Positions 20,020-27,940 are shown, counted from the first letter of the stretch. The stretch is DNA of 36,913 nucleotides from an uncultured Dongia sp. (GCA_964408245.1 CAYOYT010000001.1:36412-73324), one strand, 5' to 3'. Translations and numbers: made by a program. Notes: generated from the sequence alone by a model not told the origin.

Positions 20020-20086
20020 GGTTCCACCAATCACAGCAAGTCGTTTTTGATTTGATCCAGCAGCACGCGAGCCGCGAATGACACGA

Positions 20087-20356
20087 CTAAACCCCGAGTT
20101 TGTCGCCGCAGTTGAAACAAAAATCCGGCTTTGTTCTCACGTCGCATCCAGTCCGTTCGATGAACGAACCGAAATCGAAGTATTCCGCCGTCTCGCCAGG
20201 ATGAATTTTCTCGACGCATCCACGGCAACAAAACAAATCCCACCACGCGCCGCCGGTCAACTCGATTCCGTAGAAGTGTCGCGGCCCCGGAAAACACGTC
20301 CGGCAGTCGCCGTCGCCGCATCCGCAAAGTTCGTCGGTTCCGAAATTGGTTGCCAT
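20087..20356 (-). CDS. Cys-rich small protein
   Basis: 89 aa with CGC, CRTC, CCRGC, CFNC. GGGGGA RBS. Confidence 0.6.
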   Translation of the reverse strand: MATNFGTDELCGCGDGDCRTCFPGPRHFYGIELTGGAWWDLFCCRGCVEKIHPGETAEYFDFGSFIERTGCDVRTKPDFCFNCGDKLGV

Positions 20357-20386
20357 GATTCCCCCAGGTTAATTGATTGAACTGAA

Positions 20387-20770
20387 CTATTCGCCGCCTT
20401 TGGCGAGTTTGACGGCATCCTGCAACATCTGCCGAGCGCGGAACAATTCTTGGAACTCTCGACCGTCCGGAACCGGGATCAACCGATACGCCTTCAGCAT
20501 CGCTTCGCACGCGGCCAGCAGTTTCGGCGCGGCCTGTTTCACGCGATCGACAGGCATCACACGAACTGTCTGCGACGAATTTGGAGTTGCCACGATCTCG
20601 TAAACGATTTTCTGAGACCACGCATTCACCGGCCTGACCACACGAATTCTGCCGATTGAATGGTTGATTCGTTTGGCCCGCTGAACGGCTTCGATCAGCC
20701 CGTCGACGAACAACGCCGTATAGATCGTGACGCAATTTCCGTGCGAAGTCGCGTATTGAATCTGGTACAT
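20387..20770 (-). CDS. Hypothetical phage protein with AAP.LL.A C-terminal helix motif
   Basis: QAAPKLLAACE...AVKLAKG, a motif common in small phage early proteins. Confidence 0.6.
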   Translation of the reverse strand: MYQIQYATSHGNCVTIYTALFVDGLIEAVQRAKRINHSIGRIRVVRPVNAWSQKIVYEIVATPNSSQTVRVMPVDRVKQAAPKLLAACEAMLKAYRLIPVPDGREFQELFRARQMLQDAVKLAKGGE

Positions 20771-20783
20771 AACGACCGGCCTT

Positions 20784-21140
20784 TCAATAATTCGGGAAGT
20801 CGATTCGGCTGAATCCGAGTTCTTTCGACAGCCGATCGGCCAACCCCTGGCCGATGTTCGCATGGCGACTGATCGTCGCGTCGGATTCGTTGCCGAGCAT
20901 GCAACCGATCCACGTCGAGCCGCTCAAACAATCTTCGAGAATCTCTTTGTCGAGTTCCGACAGTTCATCCGGTATCAACCGACGCTCGACAGAGACCAAC
21001 AGCACGTCGCAACGATCGATCACCGCTTCGGCGTCGTCGCAGATTTCGCTGTCAACCAGACAACCGGCAATCGCGTCTGACGCTTCCAATCGATGCGCCA
21101 GAATCTCGGATTCGAGTTTCGTAAGCTTGAACACGGCCAA
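20784..21140 (-). CDS. Hypothetical acidic protein
   Basis: 118 aa with two LT/SxLE/DxEIL repeats. Confidence 0.6.
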   Translation of the reverse strand: MAVFKLTKLESEILAHRLEASDAIAGCLVDSEICDDAEAVIDRCDVLLVSVERRLIPDELSELDKEILEDCLSGSTWIGCMLGNESDATISRHANIGQGLADRLSKELGFSRIDFPNY

Positions 21141-21147
21141 CCGCCTT

Positions 21148-21351
21148 TCACGACAACGGGGAATTCACCGCCCAGGCGATGCCGTCGCGAGTGAGTTCCC
21201 CCGCGTCCAACAACCGCAATACGTCCGACCAGTCCCATTCGTCGCCGAGACTGAGCAACCGCGCGAACTCGACCAAATCTAGGTCTTGATCACCGCTCGC
21301 GATTTTTGCGGTTAACTCGTCCAGCCACTCCGCATTTGTTTGAGTCGTCAT
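21148..21351 (-). CDS. Hypothetical acidic protein
   Basis: 67 aa, AGGG RBS. Confidence 0.6.
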   Translation of the reverse strand: MTTQTNAEWLDELTAKIASGDQDLDLVEFARLLSLGDEWDWSDVLRLLDAGELTRDGIAWAVNSPLS

Positions 21352-21420
21352 CGTCTCGCCCCTGTGAGATTGGAGAAAAGGCGTCCCGCCGGTTTAGTGG
21401 CGAGACGCGACGAACCGGCT

Positions 21421-21651
21421 TCAAACCGCCGGAACCTGACCGGCCACCGGCATTTCCGCCAGACTGGCCGCATGCCGCGTTTCCGTCCAACGGTATCCGC
21501 ATTCGCCCAAGAGTCGTTCCGATCGTTCCGCCGATTCCAGCCCGTTGCGGACAAACATTCCGCCCGCTGAACCGCGTTCGTGATCGTCGTAAAAGACGAA
21601 ATACGTGTCGACGGTAATCGTGATTGCCCGCTGAGGAAATTCGGTTGCCAT
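21421..21651 (-). CDS. Hypothetical protein, first gene of cassette B
   Basis: 76 aa after the AGTTGGGAAA leader of element B. Confidence 0.65.
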   Translation of the reverse strand: MATEFPQRAITITVDTYFVFYDDHERGSAGGMFVRNGLESAERSERLLGECGYRWTETRHAASLAEMPVAGQVPAV

Positions 21652-21657
21652 GTTTGT

Positions 21658-21772
21658 TTCCCAACTACGTTTGTTTCAGAAAGTGCGTTGCGGTTGTTTC
21701 AATCCCGCGCCCGCGTCCCGCCGATAACTATAATCAGTTATCGGCGAGTTGCCAACATAATTGTGATCAATT
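21658..21772 (-). promoter_or_regulatory. Repeated promoter/double-operator element B
   Basis: AATTGATCACAATT (21759-21772), -35 TTGGCA, 17 bp, -10 TATAGT within AACTGATTATAGTT (21726-21739), TGAAAC hairpin. Confidence 0.8.
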
Positions 21773-22558
21773 CGGAGAATTTCCCGAAATTAATCCGAAC
21801 GATTCCACAACCGGCCCGATCACTGCGATTGCCGAGCGAACGTCGTCGGCGTGTTTCTTCATCCAATTCGAAATCTGGATATCCGTCGCCAACTTGGCCC
21901 GGCTGTCTTTCGAGACTCGCAACCGGTTGTAAGTCGGATACAGGCGTTTCGTTGTCCACCAGTGTTGTGCGAAGGAAAACCCCAGCGCCCGTACGAGACT
22001 GGCGAACGCGAGCCGAATCGTTTCGTCCTTAATCGCACACGCCACCGAGTTGATCGACCAACCGCCATAACAGTTGTTGGCCTTGCGATGCCACTCCAAC
22101 ATCAAGTCGACATAGTCGAACGCTTCGGCCAGGAACTCGCGATTCAACCGATACTTGGTTTCCTTTGCGATCGCTTCGCCCGACTTGCCTTCACCGAACA
22201 ACGTGACGCACTCCGAGCCGACAATCATCGTCAACTTTTTCGCGTCGTTCTGGACATGGTAAACATTCTTGATTGCGTGTCCGCACAGATGACAGCAATC
22301 GTCACCGCTGTTCGGCGTGTCCGCCTGGGCATACCCGGCGGGAAACTTGAACTCCGGCATTTCCTTTGCGCCGGTTGGCGTGTCGACCGAAGCGAATCCG
22401 GTCACTTCCATTGCCGACCATTCCGACTGATTCGTGCCAGTGTAGAGATACGTTGCCAAACACGCTTGACCGTAGTTCAAAAGACCTTTGCCGTCGCCCT
22501 TTGCTTTGGCAACCGCTTCCGCTTTCGTCAAACCGTTCGGACCAGCAACGTCACACAT
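21767..22558 (-). CDS. Hypothetical zinc-binding protein (CxxCG...VGxxC), gene of cassette C
   Basis: CHLCGHAIKNVY...IVGSEC. Confidence 0.7.
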   Translation of the reverse strand: MCDVAGPNGLTKAEAVAKAKGDGKGLLNYGQACLATYLYTGTNQSEWSAMEVTGFASVDTPTGAKEMPEFKFPAGYAQADTPNSGDDCCHLCGHAIKNVYHVQNDAKKLTMIVGSECVTLFGEGKSGEAIAKETKYRLNREFLAEAFDYVDLMLEWHRKANNCYGGWSINSVACAIKDETIRLAFASLVRALGFSFAQHWWTTKRLYPTYNRLRVSKDSRAKLATDIQISNWMKKHADDVRSAIAVIGPVVESFGLISGNSPN

Positions 22559-22564
22559 GGCAGA

Positions 22565-22668
22565 TTTCCCCAACTCAGAGTTTCGATTCGTCGCGGCTGT
22601 TTCAGTTCCGCGTCACGTCTGTAATTGTAATCACTTATCGAGTGAACACAAGACAACTGATCACAATT
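22565..22668 (-). promoter_or_regulatory. Repeated promoter/double-operator element C
   Basis: AATTGTGATCAGTT (22655-22668), -35 TTGTGT, 16 bp, -10 TACAAT within AAGTGATTACAATT (22623-22636), CGCGG-AACTGAAACAG-CCGCG hairpin. Confidence 0.8.
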
Positions 22669-22715
22669 ATTTCTGAATTCCGGAAATTTCTTTCGAATCA
22701 GGTTTCCGCGCAGGA

Positions 22716-23036
22716 TCACAGATCGGAAACGTCGGTCGAGTCGTCGGCGTCGTTCTCCGGCAGTTTCACCAGTTCTGACAATGCTTTGGTCGAACCGTCG
22801 ACAATGTCGGCCAGAGAACGCAACTGCGCCGCGATCCGTTCGGCCTCGCCGCATTGTCTCAAGACTCCGCGCGCATGCCGGACGGTTTCGACGACGTTCA
22901 GTTCGACAGGATGATCGAACTCGCCTTTCCACGTCTTTCCGGCGATTAGCTCCATTTCATTTTGATCCATCTCGACGATGAATTTATTGGGAATCGTCGG
23001 ATATCGATAACTTTGCTGGATGCCAATGATTTTCAC
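22716..23036 (-). CDS. Hypothetical protein
   Basis: 106 aa, MKIIGIQ... start, co-oriented. Confidence 0.6.
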   Translation of the reverse strand: MKIIGIQQSYRYPTIPNKFIVEMDQNEMELIAGKTWKGEFDHPVELNVVETVRHARGVLRQCGEAERIAAQLRSLADIVDGSTKALSELVKLPENDADDSTDVSDL

Positions 23037-23078
23037 GGTTTCACGCCTTTCGTTTGAGAATTGAGAACTACCACCGCG

Positions 23079-23276
23079 TCACACGTCGGCCCGCGAGATC
23101 AGATCGTCGGCATGGTCCGCCGTCAGTCCGCGACTGATCAGCATGTTTCGCAGACTGTTTTTCCGATGCGCGGCCACGAACCCTTCCGAGCCGTCGACAT
23201 AGCGGCACTTCACTTTCCAGAACTGACTATCTTTGAACACGCGGCCAATCACCGAATCAATCACTTTGTCCGTCAC
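23079..23276 (-). CDS. Small hypothetical protein, paralog of 26127..26315
   Basis: WKVKCRYVDGSEGFVAAHRK aligns with WKVQCRFTTGEEGTVSAPRK. Confidence 0.7.
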   Translation of the reverse strand: MTDKVIDSVIGRVFKDSQFWKVKCRYVDGSEGFVAAHRKNSLRNMLISRGLTADHADDLISRADV

Positions 23277-23277
23277 G

Positions 23278-23535
23278 TTACGCCCCTTCCCGGTTTTGTC
23301 GGCACTTCCGACCGACAGACTTTGCCGCCAGCAGATACACGTCGATCCCCCAGGCTTCGAACACCTTTTCCAAGAATCGCACGGTTGGCGACGTGTAATC
23401 GTTTTCGATGTTGTTGAGATGAACGTACGAACACCCGATTTCGCGGCCCGCCGCGCGTTGCGACAAGCATTTCGACAATCGGATCGACTTGAGCGCCGAG
23501 CCTATCGGCAACGGCGTTTTAACGGCGTCGGTCAT
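23278..23535 (-). CDS. XRE/Cro-CI family helix-turn-helix regulator
   Basis: IGSALKSIRLSKCLSQRAAGREIGCSYVHLNNIENDYTSPT. ATGA-coupled start at 23535. Confidence 0.85.
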   Translation of the reverse strand: MTDAVKTPLPIGSALKSIRLSKCLSQRAAGREIGCSYVHLNNIENDYTSPTVRFLEKVFEAWGIDVYLLAAKSVGRKCRQNREGA

Positions 23536-24254
23536 TCTGAATCGTCTTTCTGTTCGAGTCGCTGAACTTGTGAACCATCGCCCAACGTCGGCAACCGCTT
23601 CCGCAGTTCGTCGCCGAGAGCGCCCAGCCCGAGCGACTCGATTTTCGAATCCACGAACGCGGCCACTTCCGATTTGCACTCCGAGACGGTTTTTTCCATC
23701 GCTTCGTTGAACTGAGAATTCATAAACGTGATGTGCGAATTCATGAACATTTCGAGGCTTCGCAGCATCGATAGAACTTCGTTTTGATCGGCTTTCTTGA
23801 TCGTCTTTTGGCTGAACACGGTCGAAATCTTGTCGATCACGCCACGGAGTTTTTTCGACGACTCGTGAACGGTTTCTTCGAACTCGTTTTCGAAAACTTT
23901 CCGCTGATTCACTTCGGGACAATCATCCATCCGCTGACCGGCGACATAGCGGATCGTGCAAGGAATCCCAAACCCGACATTAAGGTTTGTCATCAGTTCC
24001 AGAAATTGGTTAGCGCTCAGTTCGACCTCGATCAACTCTTCACGTCCGTGAAACCGATCTTCGTTCAGATCGCGAATTTTCTCCGCTCGCCGAATCTTCA
24101 GAGAAAATGTCGTGTGATGTTCGATCGACGATCCAAACAGATTCGAGCCGTTCGACTGTCGGCGGTTCACGCCGATCATGCCATAGGACTCGTGGGATTC
24201 TTTCGTCCCGAATCGTTCCGTCTGTTCGACAACCGGCGGTTTCTTGTTTGTCAT
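23532..24254 (-). CDS. Conserved phage protein of unknown function
   Basis: 240 aa, HESYGMI...LFGSSI...IEVELS..QF.EL...G.GIPCTI, then coiled coil. Confidence 0.7.
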   Translation of the reverse strand: MTNKKPPVVEQTERFGTKESHESYGMIGVNRRQSNGSNLFGSSIEHHTTFSLKIRRAEKIRDLNEDRFHGREELIEVELSANQFLELMTNLNVGFGIPCTIRYVAGQRMDDCPEVNQRKVFENEFEETVHESSKKLRGVIDKISTVFSQKTIKKADQNEVLSMLRSLEMFMNSHITFMNSQFNEAMEKTVSECKSEVAAFVDSKIESLGLGALGDELRKRLPTLGDGSQVQRLEQKDDSE

Positions 24255-24345
24255 CTGCGATCAACGCCCCTTCAAGAACGATTTGTTTCCAACCAGTTTT
24301 CGAGAACCGGACGCCACACAACGCGGCGTCCGGAGTTGTTTCGGT

Positions 24346-24660
24346 TCAGATCACCGCAACCGGCTTGTGAGTGATTTCGAACCCGGTAAAGTCGCAAACC
24401 GCCTTGTCGAGAACCACGATAAACCGGCCTTCCGGAACTTTGGCAATCAGTCCGCCATTCTTCAGCCAACAAATCGCGAAGTTCGCGGCATCCCCTTTTT
24501 CGACAATCGCGCGCCCGCCGTCACAACCGAGCGTTCGCCCGTCGTATCGGTCGATTTCTTTCCCGCTGGCGAACGCGAATCGTCGGCACGCCTCCAACGT
24601 CCCTTCCAGCACATAGCTACCGGATTCGCCGAGAAGATTGAGTTGTTTTCCGTCGCACAT
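24346..24660 (-). CDS. Hypothetical protein
   Basis: 104 aa, GAGG RBS. A degraded paralog lies at 25887-26043. Confidence 0.65.
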   Translation of the reverse strand: MCDGKQLNLLGESGSYVLEGTLEACRRFAFASGKEIDRYDGRTLGCDGGRAIVEKGDAANFAICWLKNGGLIAKVPEGRFIVVLDKAVCDFTGFEITHKPVAVI

Positions 24661-24688
24661 GGCAAACCTCTTTTCACTCAGGATCGGT

Positions 24689-24952
24689 TTAGAGATTGTT
24701 TTCGGTCACAACGTCGTATTGAGCGCACAACTTGTCGAACGCGGCGTCGGTCACTTTGTATTTGTTCCAACCGACTTTGCGAGACCCCGGAACCAACGTC
24801 GCCGCTGTCATGGTTTCGAGGAACTTCACGCCACGGCCCGATAACGTCAACGGCGTGTCGCAATACCAGTGATTCCCATAATGGCCCATGCGAGCTTCGA
24901 TCGAACCGGCTGGTCTGGCTTCGTTCATTTCTGGACAGTAGGACAGCAGCAT
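24689..24952 (-). CDS. Hypothetical protein, first gene of cassette D
   Basis: 87 aa directly after element D. Confidence 0.65.
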   Translation of the reverse strand: MLLSYCPEMNEARPAGSIEARMGHYGNHWYCDTPLTLSGRGVKFLETMTAATLVPGSRKVGWNKYKVTDAAFDKLCAQYDVVTENNL

Positions 24953-24957
24953 TGCGA

Positions 24958-25071
24958 ACCCAATCAGAAAAGTGTTGTTACCCGGAAGAGTTGTCGCGAG
25001 TGTTTCATGCTCGCGACGGATTTAATTGTAATCAGTTTCGGCAATCTTGCAACCGTAAACTGATCACAATT
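24958..25071 (-). promoter_or_regulatory. Repeated promoter/double-operator element D
   Basis: AATTGTGATCAGTT (25058-25071), -35 TTGCAA, 16 bp, -10 TACAAT within AACTGATTACAATT (25024-25037), GTCGCGAG-CATGAAACA-CTCGCGAC hairpin. Confidence 0.8.
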
Positions 25072-25085
25072 ATTTTATTTTCGAA

Positions 25086-25802
25086 TTATTCCGCCAAATG
25101 GCGTTCGAACTTCGATTCGGCTTCCGTGTATTTCTTCGATCCGCGTCGACCGAACTTCCGCGACCAGATGTCTTTCAGGATCGTTAACACGTTCGGCGAC
25201 AACTCGGACGCCTTCCGTTGTTCCAGCTTGCCGATGATCGAGCGGATGAAATCGGACTGCGATTCTCGGTCGAGAACCGTCAGAATCCACGCATTCACGC
25301 GGGAAAACTTCGCCCGCAACAATTCCAATTCTTCGGCCCGTTGCTTCTGGCCCAACTCGTAATCTGTCAATCCGCCGTTCTTGTCCCGCTGCGCCTGCCG
25401 TTCCGCCGTGAATGCCCGTTGTCGTTCGAGCCGTTCGGCTTCGCGTCTGGCTTCGCGGATTAGCTTCTGGCGGTTCCGTTCGATGTTTTCGATATCCGTG
25501 ATCAACTTGGCGTCGAACGTCTTCTTGGCACAATCCTGGCCGACGACGAATCGTTTGCCGTTCGTGTCTTCAATCACCACGTTCACCGTCAACGCCATGC
25601 CGCACGAATTGCACGATCCCAATCCGACGCCCAGCGCTCTCGCCTGCTGGCAGACTTCCGCCATTTGCTCTTGATAGACAAGCGGATTCTGTTCGGCCAT
25701 TTCCTTCGACGGCAGACAAATAAACGTCTTCACCCGGAACGGCGCGACGCCCAATTCTTGATCTTGCCACAGGTGAATCAGAACTTTTTGAGTTTCGCAC
25801 AT
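25086..25802 (-). CDS. Hypothetical zinc-binding protein (CxxCG...VGxxC) with coiled coil
   Basis: CNSCGMAL...VVGQDC, AGTTGGGAA leader, TGAAAC hairpin at 25842-25871. Confidence 0.7.
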   Translation of the reverse strand: MCETQKVLIHLWQDQELGVAPFRVKTFICLPSKEMAEQNPLVYQEQMAEVCQQARALGVGLGSCNSCGMALTVNVVIEDTNGKRFVVGQDCAKKTFDAKLITDIENIERNRQKLIREARREAERLERQRAFTAERQAQRDKNGGLTDYELGQKQRAEELELLRAKFSRVNAWILTVLDRESQSDFIRSIIGKLEQRKASELSPNVLTILKDIWSRKFGRRGSKKYTEAESKFERHLAE

Positions 25803-25886
25803 GATCGAGATTCCCAACTGAAGATTTCACACAACCGAGAATCGCCGCGAGCGTTTCAGAACTCGCGGCGAACTTGTTTCGACCGT

Positions 25887-26043
25887 TTATCGTTCCGGCG
25901 GAGCATCGACGATTTCGAATCCAGTCAAATCGACCGTGTTTTCAATCACGAGACAATATTTGTTGTCCGGGACGCGATGAATCAACCCGCCGACATGCGG
26001 AATTTAGATCGCGAATTTCGCCTGTTCTCATGATCACGGCCTT
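25887..26043 (-). pseudogene. 3' remnant paralogous to 24346..24660
   Basis: KFAI*IPHVGGLIHRVPDNKYCLVIENTVDLTGFEIV vs NFAICWLKNGGLIAKVPEGRFIVVLDKAVCDFTGFEIT. In-frame TAA, probable frameshift, 5' end missing. Confidence 0.65.
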
Positions 26044-26054
26044 TTGATTTGCTC

Positions 26055-26108
26055 CAAAAACCCCCGCGCCGCCATCCAGCCACAGTGACCGATGACGCGG
26101 CGCGGAGG
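26055..26108 (-). terminator. Rho-independent terminator
   Basis: CCGCGCCGC..CATC / GATG..GCGGCGCGG stem followed by GGTTTTT. Confidence 0.6.
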
Positions 26109-26126
26109 GTCAAGTTAGACTCAGCT

Positions 26127-26315
26127 TCAGTTCTCGGTCTCAAACAACTGCTCGACCTGCTCGGTTGTCACGCCGCGTTCGAGGAGTCGACGACGCAGAA
26201 CACTCTTGCGCGGCGCGGACACGGTGCCCTCTTCGCCGGTCGTGAACCGACACTGCACCTTCCACGCGCCGTTTTGCTGGTAAGCTTTGCCGTGTGTCGA
26301 AGCGACTGTCAGCAT
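26127..26315 (-). CDS. Small hypothetical protein, paralog of 23079..23276
   Basis: 62 aa, AAAGG RBS, paralog alignment. Confidence 0.7.
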   Translation of the reverse strand: MLTVASTHGKAYQQNGAWKVQCRFTTGEEGTVSAPRKSVLRRRLLERGVTTEQVEQLFETEN

Positions 26316-26400
26316 GATTTCTAACCTTTCGTTGTGTCAGTTTCACCGAGCGTTCGTTTCAGCAACTCATCCCTTTCGGGAGGGGCTGGATTCGTTTAGG

Positions 26401-26547
26401 TCACTCTTGGATCTTCTCGATCACCCAGGCCACCGCGTCGTCGTCGACTTGCTCTTCCAGCTTCGCGAGGAGTTCGACGATCTTGGTCAGGGTTTCCAGC
26501 TTCAGTGTTTCGTTGGCAACCAGGTCTTTTGCTTCTTGAATCGTCAT
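26401..26547 (-). CDS. 48-aa acidic helical protein (below the ORF-track cutoff)
   Basis: MTIQEAKDLVANETLKLETLTKIVELLAKLEEQVDDDAVAWVIEKIQE, with AAAGGGA RBS and a strong promoter upstream. Confidence 0.7.
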   Translation of the reverse strand: MTIQEAKDLVANETLKLETLTKIVELLAKLEEQVDDDAVAWVIEKIQE

Positions 26548-26590
26548 CGTCCGTCCCTTTCAGTTTTGTTGTTTGCTGCGTGACGGACGT

Positions 26591-26629
26591 ACTATAGCCT
26601 ATCGGACTTTCGTGTCAATACGCGAAAGT
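26591..26629 (-). promoter_or_regulatory. Sigma70-like promoter with operator over -35
   Basis: TTGACA-16bp-TATAGT. Inverted repeat ACTTTCGCGT-ATTG-ACACGAAAGT. Confidence 0.7.
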
Positions 26630-26652
26630 AGAAAACGGGGAAAATTCTGAAA

Positions 26653-26850
26653 TTATTTTTGAGCACGTTTTGCGGCTCGCTTCAACACACCAAGCGCCCA
26701 CGCAGTAAACGTTTTGCCAGACGAGTTTGCGGCAGCTTGGAGTTCAGCCCAGTCCTCGTCAGTGACACGCCCAAGTTGGCGGACTGGTGTACGATACCGA
26801 TCATCTGATGCTTTTGGTGGTCGCCCGATTCGTGCTGCCTCGTCGCTCAT
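26653..26850 (-). CDS. Small ribbon-helix-helix-like regulator with GRPP motif
   Basis: GRPPK...RQLGRVTDEDWAELQAAA..SGKTFTAW. AGGAG RBS. Confidence 0.7.
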   Translation of the reverse strand: MSDEAARIGRPPKASDDRYRTPVRQLGRVTDEDWAELQAAANSSGKTFTAWALGVLKRAAKRAQK

Positions 26851-26869
26851 TGCTTGCTCCTGCGGTAGT

Positions 26870-26913
26870 GTGTATTGACACATATATACTATCGTGTTGA
26901 TACACGAAGGCAA
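26870..26913 (-). promoter_or_regulatory. Promoter of the RHH gene with two GTGT-N4-ACAC boxes
   Basis: TTGCCT-16bp-TAGTAT. Boxes at 26870-26881 and 26894-26905. Confidence 0.6.
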
Positions 26914-27091
26914 CGCAGAAAATCGCGATGCCACCGGCCTAAGAGCGAGCGATGCTCTTTCAGAATCGCAGCGTCACAGCGTACTTTGTCCCGCGCAACA
27001 CCTTCGCCAACTCAATGTTCTCGCGGCATGTGAATCGACGGCGTGCAATCTTAAAAGATGACAATTGAACGGATTTTCAGAAAATTTTAGA

Positions 27092-27139
27092 AAATAAAAA
27101 CCGAGCCACGGAACCCATTGTGTCCCGCAACCCGGTTTT
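27092..27139 (-). terminator. Rho-independent terminator after pyrE
   Basis: CCGGGTTGCGGGA / TTCCGTGGCTCGG stem (G-U rich on the minus strand) followed by TTTTTATTTT. Confidence 0.65.
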
Positions 27140-27206
27140 CGTTGGTGTTTAGACGCACATCACCACAATAAACAATCTAAACGCCGAACAGCCGTCAATC
27201 GTAGTT

Positions 27207-27773
27207 TCAGATCGGCGTAGGTTCAATTCCCAAATCCCTCACCGTCAACAGACTGCTGAACGGAACGCCGAATTTCTCGAACAATGCGGCCCCGCCTTCC
27301 AATCGGTCGACGACGCCGATCACTTTCACCACGCGGCAACCAAACTCGACAACCCGACGAACCGCGAGCATGGCGCTTTCGCCCGTCGTAACCACGTCTT
27401 CGACGATCAACACGCTATCGCCTTGGTTGATCGGCCCTTCGATGTATTTGGCGGTTCCGTGCGACTTGGTTTCCTTGCGGATCAACCCGCCGCGCCATCC
27501 GGCAGCAATCGCCGTATGGGTTCTCAGCAGACCGCATACGAGCGGATCGGCACCGACAGTCAAACCGGCGACGGCATTGATCGACGACAGCAGTTTTTCG
27601 GAACTCAGATGATCCTCGATCGACCGAATCACCGTTTCCAATCCAGTCGACCGCAACGTCACGTTTTTGATATCGAGGTAATAACTCGACTTGCGGCCCG
27701 ATGCCAACGTGAAGTCTCCGCGTTTCAATGCGTTGACTTCGATTTCTCGGATCAGTTTTGCCCGGTAAAGCAT
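27207..27773 (-). CDS. pyrE: Orotate phosphoribosyltransferase
   Basis: GDFTLASGRKSSYYLD, GLTVGADPL, IRKETKSHGT, PRPP loop VEDVVTTGES, VVDRLEGG. Confidence 0.93.
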   Translation of the reverse strand: MLYRAKLIREIEVNALKRGDFTLASGRKSSYYLDIKNVTLRSTGLETVIRSIEDHLSSEKLLSSINAVAGLTVGADPLVCGLLRTHTAIAAGWRGGLIRKETKSHGTAKYIEGPINQGDSVLIVEDVVTTGESAMLAVRRVVEFGCRVVKVIGVVDRLEGGAALFEKFGVPFSSLLTVRDLGIEPTPI

Positions 27774-27940
27774 GCGCACCAACTCCCGCAAACGTGAATC
27801 GATCGAACGACAGAGAACCCGCCGCGATTCTGATTGAACCGGCAACGCGATTCAACGAATTACCATTCCGGTAAGAAAAAACGGCAACGGAAACCGAATC
27901 CCGTTACCGTTTTGGTAAACCGATTTTTTCGAATCTGCAA

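Noticed and set aside
24244-25362. 372-aa plus-strand ORF and similar long plus-strand ORFs
   Set aside because: Antisense to well-supported genes and crossing promoter element D. Arg/Ser-rich, not protein-like.
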